From positions 256,001 to 320,000 of the forward strand of contig CAVVLJ010000016.1 in assembly GCA_963749075.1 (NCBI GenBank): 64,000 nt of DNA, in the 5' to 3' direction. The notes under the pieces are model-generated. The model searched no databases, had not been told where the DNA came from, and was given only the letters and a program-made list of their open reading frames with translations. Both the position numbers and the translations under genes were made by a program. This DNA comes from an uncultured Pseudomonadota bacterium. GTDB taxonomy: Bacteria; Pseudomonadota; Alphaproteobacteria; JACZXZ01. Shown piece by piece: positions 40,119-50,459 of this stretch; positions within the stretch are counted from its first letter, which is position 1, and each line of letters starts with the position of its first letter.

Positions 40119-41741
40119 ATGATCGACGCTACGGATTTCGACTATGTCGTCATCGGAGCCGGTTCTGCAGGATGCGTTCTCGCAAATCGGCTCACGGCGT
40201 CCGGAAAATATCGCGTTCTACTAATCGAGGCAGGGCTCAAAGACCGCAACCCATGGATCCACATTCCCGCGGGGTACGGCAAGCTCTTCGACCATCCCGC
40301 GGTAAATTGGCGGTACCACAGCGAGCCGGAACCGAACCTCAACGGACGGACACTGTATCAGCCTCGGGGGAAAGTCCTTGGGGGAACGAGCTCGATCAAC
40401 GGCCTTATCTATACGCGCGGGCCGAAAGAAGACTTCGATCACTGGAGCCAACTTGGCAACGCCGGCTGGAGCTACGAAGAGGTCCTGCCATACTTCAAGA
40501 AATCGGAGGATCAGCAGCATGGACCCGACGCCTTTCACGGCGCCGGCGGCCCCTTGTCAGTGTCCGATCAACCACAGAAGCACGAACTCGCTGACGCATT
40601 TATCGCGGCAGCCCAGCAGGCCGGCCACACTTACAACGGCGACTTCAGCGGGCCCAGTCAGGAAGGGGTCGGCTACTATCAGGCCACCGCTCGTAGGGGT
40701 CGAAGATGCAGCGCTGCCGTCGCTTATCTGCGGCCCGCTCGGAAGCGCTCCAACCTGATGGTGGTGACCGATGCACTTGCAACACGCCTGTTATTCGCCG
40801 GCCGAATGGCGGTTGGCGTCGAGTTCCAATATCGCGGTAAAAGCCATGCGGTTCGTGCACGAGGGGAAGTGATACTCGCTGCCGGCGTGTTCAACTCACC
40901 GCAGCTGCTGCAGCTTTCCGGCATTGGGCCAAGTGACCATCTGCGGCAATTTGGCATCTCAGTGGTGCAGGATCTTCCGGGAGTGGGTGAGAACCTGCAG
41001 GACCACTTCATGGTGGGCATGACGTACCGTTGCAGCGAGCCGATCACGCTAAACGATGAAATGCGCAGTCTTGCGCGACGACTTGTGACGGGGGTTCGCT
41101 ATGTTTTCCTTCGAAACGGCTCGTTGGCCGCCAGCGCAACTTATGCCGGCGCCTTCTTGCGGACGGACGAGCATCTCGAGACGCCGAATGTGCAGGTGAA
41201 TCTTGCGGTTTGGAGTGTTGACGACAGCGGACGTTCGCGCGCGCGCCTTCACGATTTCTCCGGCTTCAATACTGGTGTTATTCACGTTCGGCCGGAGAGC
41301 CGTGGGAGCGTACGAATCAAGAGCTCGGACCCAACCGAGGCGCCCGCGATCCAGTTCAATTTTTTCGCGTCCGAAAATGACCGCCGAACCATGGTTGCCG
41401 CAGTGCGCATGGTGCGCAAGATCATGCAGGCACCAGCGATGAAGCGATACGTGGCTAAAGAAATGATCCCCGGGAATTCCTGCATCTCGGACGACGATAT
41501 CGTTGAATTTTGCCGCGACCGCGGACGCTCGACCCTGCATCCTGCTTCTACCTGCAAGATGGGTGCCGACGAGAAAAGTGTCGTGGACTCACGGCTGCGC
41601 ATTCGTGGGCTTTCGCGCCTGCGCGTGGTCGACGGGTCGGTCATGCCCGTTCTGGTCTCTGCAAATCCCAACGCGGCAACAATCATGATCGCAGAAAAGG
41701 CATCCGATATGATTCTGGCGGATTGTGAACAGGCGCCGTAA
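40119..41741 (+). CDS. GMC oxidoreductase (choline dehydrogenase-like)
   Basis: GAGSAG, RGKVLGGTSSING, GENLQDH, HPASTCKMG, LRVVDGS. Confidence 0.92.
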   Translation: MIDATDFDYVVIGAGSAGCVLANRLTASGKYRVLLIEAGLKDRNPWIHIPAGYGKLFDHPAVNWRYHSEPEPNLNGRTLYQPRGKVLGGTSSINGLIYTRGPKEDFDHWSQLGNAGWSYEEVLPYFKKSEDQQHGPDAFHGAGGPLSVSDQPQKHELADAFIAAAQQAGHTYNGDFSGPSQEGVGYYQATARRGRRCSAAVAYLRPARKRSNLMVVTDALATRLLFAGRMAVGVEFQYRGKSHAVRARGEVILAAGVFNSPQLLQLSGIGPSDHLRQFGISVVQDLPGVGENLQDHFMVGMTYRCSEPITLNDEMRSLARRLVTGVRYVFLRNGSLAASATYAGAFLRTDEHLETPNVQVNLAVWSVDDSGRSRARLHDFSGFNTGVIHVRPESRGSVRIKSSDPTEAPAIQFNFFASENDRRTMVAAVRMVRKIMQAPAMKRYVAKEMIPGNSCISDDDIVEFCRDRGRSTLHPASTCKMGADEKSVVDSRLRIRGLSRLRVVDGSVMPVLVSANPNAATIMIAEKASDMILADCEQAP

Positions 41742-41897
41742 CCGTGGTCCGGGAATCTCGATAATGCGCGCTGCGGGTGAGGTAAGCCCCAGTTCACTCC
41801 TAGCCGGCCGTCATCGCGCAAAACTCCGGCCGGCGCTCAATACGATGGTTGACCGGCGCCACCTATCGGATGCGCCGGCTTTCAGGGGAGAGTCTTT

Positions 41898-42677
41898 ATG
41901 GGGCGAGTGCACGGTAAGATTGCGCTGGTGACCGGCGGTGCAGGCGGGATCGGGCGTGCCATTGCTCAGCGCCTAGCCGAAAACGGCGCGAAGATCGTCA
42001 TTGCCGACTTGGCAGTTGAAGCGGGAGAGCACACGGCCGCAGAGCTCAGGCGTGGCGGCGCCGACATCGTATTCATCCATCACGATGTCTCGAACGAGGA
42101 AAGCTGGTCCGGCGCTATCGGCAAGACGATGCAGGCTTATGGCAAACTTGACGTCCTGGTCAATAGCGCGGGCATCTTCAGTGACGTCGGGCAACCCTTC
42201 GATGCGATTACGTTCGGGGAATGGCGGCGCATCATGAGCATCAATCTCGACGGTGTGTTTTTGGGCACGCGCTCCGGCGTACGGTGCATGAAAGCTACGG
42301 GTGGCGGCTCAATCATCAACATCGCCTCGACCGCAAGCTATATCGGAACCAAGGCGGGTGCTGCCTATGGCGCAAGCAAGGGTGGCGTTCGCGTCCTGAC
42401 GATCCAGGCGGCGTTCAGCTGCGCCAAGCACGCATACAATATCCGCGTGAATTCGATTAGTCCGGGGTACGTGTGGACGCCCGCAATTGAGGCGAAAGTC
42501 GTCGCCGACGTTGGTAGCCGATCGGCGGCGTTGGAGGCAGTGGCGTCGCGTAATCCGCTGGGACTGGTTGCTGAACCCGATGATGTGGCGTGGGCGGCCG
42601 TCTATCTCGCTTCCGACGAGTCCAGAATGATCACCGCGACCGATCTCGTGATCGACGGGGGGATGTTGCGGAGTTGA
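41898..42677 (+). CDS. SDR oxidoreductase
   Basis: TGGAGGIG, YGASK, RVNSISPG. Confidence 0.92.
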   Translation: MGRVHGKIALVTGGAGGIGRAIAQRLAENGAKIVIADLAVEAGEHTAAELRRGGADIVFIHHDVSNEESWSGAIGKTMQAYGKLDVLVNSAGIFSDVGQPFDAITFGEWRRIMSINLDGVFLGTRSGVRCMKATGGGSIINIASTASYIGTKAGAAYGASKGGVRVLTIQAAFSCAKHAYNIRVNSISPGYVWTPAIEAKVVADVGSRSAALEAVASRNPLGLVAEPDDVAWAAVYLASDESRMITATDLVIDGGMLRS

Positions 42678-42735
42678 TCGTCGCGCCGCCGCCCTTAAGA
42701 TCGGCCGCTAATTGCGCGCAGGGAAGAGAGAAGGC

Positions 42736-44445
42736 ATGCTTCAAGCCGTGATTGACACCGATGTGCTGGTCGTTGGAGCAGGCGCCGCCGGACTGACGAC
42801 AGCCATAACGGCACGGCTGCACGGGCTGGATGTAGTCGTGGCGGAAAAGGAGGCGGTTTTCGGAGGTACGACGGCCTGGTCCGGTGGCGTGTTGTGGGTG
42901 CCATGCAACTCCCATCAGAAGGCCGCGGGAATCGACGATAGCGTTGACCTCGCGCGCGAGTACGTCCGCCGTGAGGCGGGTGAATTCTACGACCCTGATC
43001 GCGTAGAGGCATACCTGGTCAGCGGTCGGGAGATGATCGACTTTCTCGAGCGCGAAACCAACGTCAAGTTCGAGTTATCCGATGAGCCCGACTACCATCA
43101 GGACGTACCGGGAGCACTGGCGCGCGGCCGCGCGCTGCGCCCGCTGGATTTTGATGGACGTGGATTAGGGCGGCATTATTCCGAGCTGCGAGCTCCGGCA
43201 CGCGAGCGCGTGCTGTTTATGGGGATGCAGATTGGCGCGGCCCATCTCGGGCATTTCATGAAGGCAACAAAGTCGCTGAACTCTTTTTTTTTCGTGACAC
43301 GGCGCATCCTGTCCCACCTTCGAGACGTTCTCATCCACGGTCGCAACATAACGTCGGCAATGGGGAGGGCCCTGGCCGGACGCCTGGCCAAATCCGCTTT
43401 CGACCTTGGCATTCCTATCCTCCTCTCCGCGCCGGTTCGGCATCTCGTCGTCGAGGATGGCAAAGTGGTCGGGGCTTTGCTGCAAGAGAACGGCCAAGAG
43501 AAGCGCGTCAACGCACGCCGCGGCGTCGTGCTCGCCGCTGGCGGGTTTTCTCACGATTACGTTCGCCGGAAACTGGTATTTCCTCACCACCCTTCAGAAC
43601 ATGAGCATCTCTCTAACACGCCGCCTTCCAACACAGGCGACGGAGTACGATTAGGCGAATCTGCCGGGGGCGCATTTGAGGGCCGCTACCTCAATTCCGC
43701 TACTTGGTATCCGACCTCGCGGGTCAAATATCCTGACGGCAGCGAAGGCAACAATGCCCATCTGCTAGAGCGAGGCAAGCCGGGGGTCATCGCCGTCACC
43801 CAGAACGGCCGGCGCTTTGCGGACGAAGCCGCGAACTACCACGATTTCGTGCAGGCGATGTTCCGGGCTTGTCAGTCGCATGGAGAGGTCGCGGCGTATT
43901 ATATCTGCGACCATCGCGCGTTGCGACGCTACGGGCTGGGGGCCGCAAGACCTTGGCCACTGCCTTATCGCCGCTATCTTCGCACCGGCTACCTCAAGCG
44001 TGGTCGCACGATCGAAGAACTCGCGCGGGAGGCACGGATCAGTGAGGGGGGGCTCATTCGAACACTCTCCAATTACAATTATAATGCGCGGCAGGGCCGC
44101 GACCCGGAGTTCGGCAAGGGTGAGAACGGATACGACATCAGCCAGGGCGATCCCACGCACAAGCCCAATCCTTGCATAGCACCGCTTGAAATCCCGCCCT
44201 TCTATGCGGTGAAGATCCTACCCGGCGATTTGGGCACTCTCGCGGGCCTGTGGACGGATCGACATGGCCGCGTGCTGAATGGCGAAGGACAGATAATTCC
44301 GAATCTATATGCCGTAGGGAATGACCAGGCGAGCGTATTTGGCGGCGCATATCCAGGCGGCGGCGCTACGCTCGGTCCGGCGATGATATTCGGCTACTTG
44401 GCGGCTCGACACATTGCCGAGACGACATATCGTACCGATAGATAA
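42736..44445 (+). CDS. FAD-dependent oxidoreductase (3-ketosteroid dehydrogenase/FAD_binding_2 family)
   Basis: GAGAAG, GGTTAWSGG, GVVLAAGGF, NTGDG, YPGGGATLGPA. Confidence 0.9.
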   Translation: MLQAVIDTDVLVVGAGAAGLTTAITARLHGLDVVVAEKEAVFGGTTAWSGGVLWVPCNSHQKAAGIDDSVDLAREYVRREAGEFYDPDRVEAYLVSGREMIDFLERETNVKFELSDEPDYHQDVPGALARGRALRPLDFDGRGLGRHYSELRAPARERVLFMGMQIGAAHLGHFMKATKSLNSFFFVTRRILSHLRDVLIHGRNITSAMGRALAGRLAKSAFDLGIPILLSAPVRHLVVEDGKVVGALLQENGQEKRVNARRGVVLAAGGFSHDYVRRKLVFPHHPSEHEHLSNTPPSNTGDGVRLGESAGGAFEGRYLNSATWYPTSRVKYPDGSEGNNAHLLERGKPGVIAVTQNGRRFADEAANYHDFVQAMFRACQSHGEVAAYYICDHRALRRYGLGAARPWPLPYRRYLRTGYLKRGRTIEELAREARISEGGLIRTLSNYNYNARQGRDPEFGKGENGYDISQGDPTHKPNPCIAPLEIPPFYAVKILPGDLGTLAGLWTDRHGRVLNGEGQIIPNLYAVGNDQASVFGGAYPGGGATLGPAMIFGYLAARHIAETTYRTDR

Positions 44446-44573
44446 TGCGTACCGTCGGCGGCCGGCCCCGTCATCCCGCCGCGGTTTGACCGCTAATGGC
44501 GCAATCCGCTGAGACGAGCGCCTCTCAATCACTACGATAGCAGCCGAAACGTGCGAAACCATTGGAGACACAA

Positions 44574-45347
44574 ATGCCCAAACTTGACGGCAAGCTCGCG
44601 CTTATCACCGGCGGCACCAGTGGCATCGGCTTCGCGACGGCTAAGGCATTTATTGCCGAAGGCGCGCATGTCGCCATCACAGGTCGCGACGCCGGCCGGC
44701 TGGAGGTGGCGACGCAGGAACTTGGTGGGGAGACTTTTGCGCTGCGCGCTGACGTCTCGGATCTCAATCAACTTGATGAACTTTATCGGACGCTCGAAGA
44801 TCGGTTTGGGGCGCTCGATATTATCTTCGCCAATGCGGGCATCGTAAAAGAGGCCGGTCTCGACGACACGATTGAGGAAGTCTTCGATGAAATCTTTGAT
44901 ATCAATGTTAAAGGCGTGTTCTTCACGGTGCAGAAGGCGATCCCAATGCTCAGGAACGATGCCTCCGTCATCCTCAATGCGTCCATCGCGCCGAGTGTTG
45001 GTTCTCCTGGTTCCGCGGTCTATGCCGCAAGCAAAGCTGCTGTTCGCGCATTTGCGAGGAATTTTTCCGCCTCGTTGGCCCCCCGTGGCATTCGGGTCAA
45101 CGTCGTTAGCCCGGGACCGATCGCAACTCGCGTGTGGGTTCCGTCCGGAATTAAACCAGAGGATCTAAAGGCGGCGCATCAACGAGAACGGCAGAAAATA
45201 CCGCTGGGCAGATTTGGCACACCTGAGGAGGTCGCCCAGGTCGTTGTATTCCTCGCCTCGAGCGATTCCAGCTTTATGCTTGGTGCCGAGATCGTGATCG
45301 ACGGAGGCAAATCGGGACTCCCCGCAGGCGCGTCCGTATATCGTTAG
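44574..45347 (+). CDS. SDR oxidoreductase
   Basis: TGGTSGIG, FANAG, YAASK. Confidence 0.92.
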   Translation: MPKLDGKLALITGGTSGIGFATAKAFIAEGAHVAITGRDAGRLEVATQELGGETFALRADVSDLNQLDELYRTLEDRFGALDIIFANAGIVKEAGLDDTIEEVFDEIFDINVKGVFFTVQKAIPMLRNDASVILNASIAPSVGSPGSAVYAASKAAVRAFARNFSASLAPRGIRVNVVSPGPIATRVWVPSGIKPEDLKAAHQRERQKIPLGRFGTPEEVAQVVVFLASSDSSFMLGAEIVIDGGKSGLPAGASVYR

Positions 45348-45416
45348 AGAGCACGCTGCGAAATGCCTGCGCGGGATTCAGAGAGACGCCGGCGGAACGC
45401 TGGTCGATCGCCGAGG

Positions 45417-46100
45417 TCACGTCGCATCACCGACTAGATCCAGTATAGCCCAGGGCGAATTGCTGTTTACCGGGTCAGCAGAAGACCGCCAATGCGCTAT
45501 TGGTAATCGCCCGCCCGCGAACCCCTCATGGCCATCTGTTTCGTGCGACATCTGCGATTGCACGTTAATATCGCGGGCAACCGATTCGACATGCAGATCG
45601 AATCCCCAGAAAGCAACTGAGTACAAAACGGGCTTTTCGTACCATCTCGCGCGACGGTTGAGCAATATTCGGCGCCTCGCGCGCGTTCCTGATTGATCGT
45701 TGCGCGCTGCCGTCGCGAGTATGAGGCTGGTCAGCGATCTGCGCACGGCTGGATCCGAGATGCGAGCGAAAGGACGTACGAACTCCAATGTCTCGCGCTT
45801 GTATAGAGGATCCTTTTCTTGGCGGGTTCCTCGGCGCGTGCCACGTGGCTTGAATTCCATGCCCTCAAAGAAGAACGACACCGGTGCCTTCAAGACACTT
45901 GCGAATAGATAGAGCTTGCTCGCGCTGACGCGATTGGCGCCGTTCTCGTACTTTCGAATCTGCTGAAATGTGAGGCCAGCGACATTCCCGAGCCGGGACT
46001 GATTCACGCCCATTAAGGTTCTGCGCAACCGCAGGCGAGCACCGACATGTCGGTCAATGTCGATTTCCCCTTCGGTGCGATGTCTCCTGTGTTTCGGCAT
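45417..46100 (-). CDS. XRE-family HTH regulator with probable spurious C-terminal read-through
   Basis: IDRHVGARLR, GLTFQQIRKYENGANRVSASKL, PVSFFF. Confidence 0.8.
   Translation of the reverse strand: MPKHRRHRTEGEIDIDRHVGARLRLRRTLMGVNQSRLGNVAGLTFQQIRKYENGANRVSASKLYLFASVLKAPVSFFFEGMEFKPRGTRRGTRQEKDPLYKRETLEFVRPFARISDPAVRRSLTSLILATAARNDQSGTRARRRILLNRRARWYEKPVLYSVAFWGFDLHVESVARDINVQSQMSHETDGHEGFAGGRLPIAHWRSSADPVNSNSPWAILDLVGDAT
45616..45642 (+). repeat. Truncated ACTGAGT motif, copy 2
   Basis: ACTGAGTACAAAACGGGCTTTTCGTAC aligns with 19622-19648. Confidence 0.4.
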
Positions 46101-46195
46101 GATCGCTTCCTACAAATGCACTCCGACGTGGGTCCTATTGCGCGAACATTACCCACCATCCGGCATCGCGAAGCTCAGCTCCAACTTCGGCCCCG

Positions 46196-46630
46196 TCACC
46201 TCGCCCTAGCGTTCTTCTTGCTATTCCGTATGGGACGAGGCTTTCCCAACCCATGCTGCTTCGCCAATGACGATCTCTGCACCGAATAATTCGGCGCCGT
46301 AGCCGGATACGTTCGCAGCAGCCCCCACCTCGCACGATACTCATCCAGGCTCAAGCGGTGCGCCGCTCTGACGTGGCGTTTTAGCGTTCTCAGTTTCCGA
46401 CCGCAATCGAGGCAGATCAGATAGTTCGCCCTGACCGACTTCTTGATCGGTACCATCGGCTCGGGCGTAAGCTGGTTCGCCACATCATTGTCGAGGCCCT
46501 TCAATGTCATGTGGACCTTCCGAATGAGATCGGGCAGTTCCCATGCCGATAATTGGTTTCTCCTCAAGTATGCCGCGACCACTTCTGCCGCGACGGGAAC
46601 CACGGTCGCCCGGTTTTCACGATCAGCCAT
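46196..46630 (-). CDS. mucR: MucR/Ros family regulator
   Basis: AEVVAAYL..N, PMVPIKKSV, zinc finger CLDCGRKLRTLKRHVRAAH, YPATAPNYS..RS.LAK..GLG. Confidence 0.9.
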   Translation of the reverse strand: MADRENRATVVPVAAEVVAAYLRRNQLSAWELPDLIRKVHMTLKGLDNDVANQLTPEPMVPIKKSVRANYLICLDCGRKLRTLKRHVRAAHRLSLDEYRARWGLLRTYPATAPNYSVQRSSLAKQHGLGKPRPIRNSKKNARAR

Positions 46631-46999
46631 GTTTTACCTCCCTGAAAATAGCATTAAGCGGAAACGATAGGAAAAATACACAATAGAGGATCGCTGTTCA
46701 ACCAGCCAATAGGAGAGCCGCAAATCGATTGCTGTACAAATTGGGACGCGTGACGCGAATATACTCTAGTTAATTGAGCAACCATGGACCGTCTCAACCT
46801 ATTACTGACCATGGAAAGCCGCCCGTAATTTCGGCCCGATTTCGCGACCCCCTTCCTTCAATTCACCCAATCTTCGCGGATCGTGAGTCATTGCCGACGA
46901 AGCATGAACCTGCGAAAGCCGGCCCCTTGTGGATCGGCTCGGCTCAAAGCCTAAATCGGCGTCCTGTCGTGCCCCTCTCCGCAGCTCGTCAAATGGGCT

Positions 47000-47452
47000 C
47001 TAATCGCTCACGCCTGAGACCGTCAGCGGCTTTGAGCCCTCGCGCCGCATGAGCCGGCAAAGCGCGAAGAAAGCCTCGGAACCCGGCAGGAATTCGGCGA
47101 AGACGTTGGGGATGACCGGCGTCATCTTGCCCGGCGCGGTTGGTCGGCAATAGCGGTCGTAGGCCCAGTAGATCTCGCTCAGCGCCTCCGGGAAGCCGTG
47201 CCGCTCGTGCTCCCTGTAATGGGTGAACATGACATCGCCCGTCTGGATGTGGATCGTCGCATTCTCCTCTGGGAGCACGATCGCCGGATCGATATAGAGG
47301 GCGATCGAGGTCCCCGACAGCATGGCGTGGCCCGCGGGGCCCGAGAAGGGGAGCCTCTCCCACAAGGTGCGGCAGGTGACCGGTGCCGCCTCGTCGAGGA
47401 GGCGCGCCCGCGCCACCGTTCCCGCGAGATCGAACACGAAGTAGCGAGCCAT
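47000..47452 (-). CDS. DUF3830-like (cyclophilin-like fold) protein
   Basis: ARLLDEAAPVTC....LPF....HAMLSG, PEENAT. Confidence 0.65.
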   Translation of the reverse strand: MARYFVFDLAGTVARARLLDEAAPVTCRTLWERLPFSGPAGHAMLSGTSIALYIDPAIVLPEENATIHIQTGDVMFTHYREHERHGFPEALSEIYWAYDRYCRPTAPGKMTPVIPNVFAEFLPGSEAFFALCRLMRREGSKPLTVSGVSD

Positions 47453-47504
47453 CGATGACCTCCTCGCGATTGCTCGGCCGCTGGATCGTTTGACCTTTCC
47501 CGGC

Positions 47505-47520
47505 TATTATTATAACAATA
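47505..47520. promoter_or_regulatory. Candidate GntR/HutC operator
   Basis: TATTATTATAACAATA, 14/16 palindromic, between divergent DUF3830 and GntR genes. Confidence 0.55.
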
Positions 47521-48287
47521 TGATAATGAACGCAGCAAGACTCCAGGCATTGGCAGCGACGCCGCTCGTTCCGAGCAACGTGCCGCTCTACAAGCAGCTC
47601 GGCCATATCCTGCGCGAGGCCATCCTCGGCAACCGCGTCGCTGTCGGCGAGATGCTGCCGACCGAGCAGGCGCTCATCGAGCGCTACGGCGTGAGCCGCG
47701 TCACCGTGCGCCAGGCTCTCCAGGAACTCACGGCCGACGGCCTGATCCGGCGCCAGCGCCCGAAAGGCAGCGTCGTCGTGCGCAACCGGCCGCGCGCGGG
47801 TAGCGGTTGGACCTTCGAATCGCTGCAGGACGTGGTGGCGTTCGGCGAGCAGACGCGCGTGCGCATCATTTCCTTTGCGGAGAGCCCGGCGCCTGCGGAG
47901 GTCTCGCGGACCTTCGGATTTGCATATCCCGTCAAGCTGCCGCGGGTCTACGGCCTGCGCCTTCTCAAAGGCGAGCCCTTGAGTGAGTTCACGTTCTGGC
48001 TCACACCCACTGTCGCAAGCCAGCTCACGCGCGACGATCTCACCCAGCCGACCCTCTTCTCCGTGATCGAGAGCAGGCTCGGCATTCGCCTCTGCGAGGC
48101 GGACCAGACCGTGTGGTGCGAACCCGCCGGCAAGCAGCTTGCGTCGCTCCTCCGCATGCGCCGCTCGGCGCCCGTGCTGGGCATCCAGCGCGTCTACATG
48201 GCCGAGGGCCGCATGCCGGTCGAGGTGGCGGTGAGCCGCTTCCGCGGCGACCGCTACCAGCTGCACCACGCCTTGCGCAGGATGTAA
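47520..48287 (+). CDS. GntR (HutC/UTRA) regulator
   Basis: PLYKQL, LPTE..L..RYGVSRVTVRQAL; C-terminal UTRA. Confidence 0.9.
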   Translation: MIMNAARLQALAATPLVPSNVPLYKQLGHILREAILGNRVAVGEMLPTEQALIERYGVSRVTVRQALQELTADGLIRRQRPKGSVVVRNRPRAGSGWTFESLQDVVAFGEQTRVRIISFAESPAPAEVSRTFGFAYPVKLPRVYGLRLLKGEPLSEFTFWLTPTVASQLTRDDLTQPTLFSVIESRLGIRLCEADQTVWCEPAGKQLASLLRMRRSAPVLGIQRVYMAEGRMPVEVAVSRFRGDRYQLHHALRRM

Positions 48288-48305
48288 GAAGGGGGCGCCC
48301 TCGCG

Positions 48306-49422
48306 ATGGCCGACGCCTTTCTTTCGATCCGCGGCCTCGAGAAGAGGTACGGGAACGTCACCGCAATCAGCGAGGTCGACCTCGACGTCCGCGCGGGCGA
48401 GCTCGTCACCCTGCTCGGCCCGAGCGGCTCTGGCAAGACCACCTTGCTGATGGCCATCGCCGGCTTTGCCGCACCCGAGCGCGGCCGGATCATGCTCGCC
48501 GGAGAGGACATCGCGCGGCTACCGCCCCAGCGCCGCGGCATCGGCGTCGTCTTCCAGCAATATGCGCTGTTCCCCCACTTGAGCGTCGCCGGCAACATCG
48601 CCTACCCGCTCGCCGTCCGCCGTGTGCCGAGGCGAGAGCGCGGCCTTGCCGTCGCCGAGGCGTTGCGGCTCGTCCGCCTTGAGGGCCTGGGCGACCGCCG
48701 TCCGCGCCAGCTCTCCGGCGGGCAGCAGCAGCGCGTGGCGCTCGCCCGCGCGCTCGTCTTCAAGCCGCCGGTCCTGCTCATGGACGAGCCGCTCGGCGCG
48801 CTCGACCGCAAGCTGCGCGCAGAGATGCAGCTCGAGATCCGCCGCATCCAGCGCTCGCTCGGGATCACCACCGTCTATGTCACCCACGACCAGGAGGAGG
48901 CGCTCACGATCTCCGACCGCATCGCGGTTGTGCACAAGGGGCGCATCGAGCAGATCGGCGCGCCCACGGAGATCTACCGGCGGCCGGCTTCCGCCTTCGT
49001 GGCCGATTTCATCGGCGAGTTCGAACCTCTTTCCCGGCCGCATGGACGAGGCTGGCGGCGGACATGCGCTGCTGCGCACGGCCGGCGATATTGCCTTCGC
49101 ACTCCCGCAGAGCGAAGCGCCGGCGGCGGGAGAGGAGATCGTGGCGGTGGTGAGGCCCGAGGATATCGCCGTCTCGCCGCAGGCGAGCGAACGCTCCCCT
49201 CACCGCGGCCGGCTCGAGCAGGTCATCTACCTGGGCTCGGTCCTCCGCCTGCAGATCGCCACCGCCTCCGGCCAGCACATCAGCGCCACGGTCAACCCGA
49301 GCCTGCTCCCCGGCCTTCCCCAAGAGGGCGGCGAGATCTGGTTCGGCTGGCGGCCGCAGGATCCCATGTTCGTGCCGTCGAGTTCCGCTGGGTTCAACCA
49401 AGGCCACGGGAGGCCATCATGA
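48306..49422 (+). pseudogene. PotA-like ABC ATP-binding protein with +1 frameshift at 49020-49021 (pseudogene or sequence error)
   Basis: Walker motifs intact; FIGE|SNLF restored by deleting one T from GAGTTCG; restored stop overlaps SBP ATG. Confidence 0.8.
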
Positions 49423-50459
49423 CACGCAAGCTTTCGCCGCTGCTCGCCGCTGCCGCACTCGTCCTGGCATTCGGAGCCACCGCCGCCTCTGCCGAGGAGC
49501 GCCCGCTCACCGTCGTGCATTACGGCGGAACCTTCGGCCAGGCCATGCGGACCGCGTTCTTCGATCCCGCCGAAAAGGAGATGGGCATCAAGATCGTCGA
49601 TACCTCGCGTACCGACATGGCAAAGATCAAGGCCATGGTGACGAGCGGCCATGTGGAGTGGGATGTCGCCAACGTCAACACGCTCGAGGTCGGCCGAGGC
49701 GCGCGCGAGGGCCTCTGGGAGCCCATCGACTGGTCGATGATCGATCCCAGGGTCGCCGGCCCGGTCGGCAAGCTCGAATACGGTGTCGCCTTCATCGGCT
49801 TCTCGATCGGGCTCGCCTACAGCACCAAGCAATATCCGGACGCCGCGAAGGCGCCGCAGAGCTGGGCGGATTTCTGGGACGTGAAGAAATTCCCGGGCCC
49901 GCGCGCGCTCGAGAACCGCGTGCGCTATCAGCTCGAGTTCGCCCTCCTCGCGGACGGGGTGGCGCCCGACAAGCTCTATCCGCTTGACGTTGACCGCGCC
50001 TTCCGCAAGCTCGACCAGATCAAGGCCCATATCACGACCTGGGCCAAGCCCCCCGTCCAGCCGATCGAGCTCATCGCGAGCGGCGAGGTCTATATGGATT
50101 CTGCGTTCAACAACGAGATCGCCAACGGCGAGCAGCGCGGCGTGCCGATCGCCATGCAGTTCAACCAGTCGCTCTACACGACCAACGCCTGGGTCATCCT
50201 CAAGGGCACGCCCAACAAGGCGAACGCGATGCGCTTCATCAAGACGGTAACCCAGCCCGCCTACGAGGCGCGGCTCGCGGAGCTCACCTATTTCGGGCCG
50301 CTCAATCCGGACGCCATCCCCCTCGTCAAGCCCGAGACGCGCAAGAACCTGCCGACTGAGCCGGAAAACCTCCGCAGGTCGATCCCGCTCAATAACGAAT
50401 GGTGGGCCGCGCACGAGGCGGAGCTCATCGACCGCTGGAACAAATGGCTCCTACAGTGA
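49419..50459 (+). CDS. PotD-like ABC substrate-binding protein
   Basis: Signal peptide, SD GGGAGG; KIKAMV..G.VEWDV, SWADFWD..KFPG.R, LEFALLADGV, LYPLDVDRAF. Confidence 0.9.
   Translation: MTRKLSPLLAAAALVLAFGATAASAEERPLTVVHYGGTFGQAMRTAFFDPAEKEMGIKIVDTSRTDMAKIKAMVTSGHVEWDVANVNTLEVGRGAREGLWEPIDWSMIDPRVAGPVGKLEYGVAFIGFSIGLAYSTKQYPDAAKAPQSWADFWDVKKFPGPRALENRVRYQLEFALLADGVAPDKLYPLDVDRAFRKLDQIKAHITTWAKPPVQPIELIASGEVYMDSAFNNEIANGEQRGVPIAMQFNQSLYTTNAWVILKGTPNKANAMRFIKTVTQPAYEARLAELTYFGPLNPDAIPLVKPETRKNLPTEPENLRRSIPLNNEWWAAHEAELIDRWNKWLLQ

Larger units (their letters stand above)
17394..46990. other. Accessory/genomic island region; right boundary approximate
   Basis: Visibly lower GC, more A/T-ending codons, IS elements and pseudogenes; no integrase or tRNA seen. 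Confidence 0.6.

Noticed and set aside
46755-46778. ATACTCTAGTTAATTG as an inverted partner of the ACTGAGT motif
   Set aside because: Needs a gap and has no second repeat; too weak, though it lies near the GC transition
48306-50459. Novel ATPase-SBP fusion protein
   Set aside because: Explained by a 1-bp insertion; the SBP has its own SD, ATG and signal peptide
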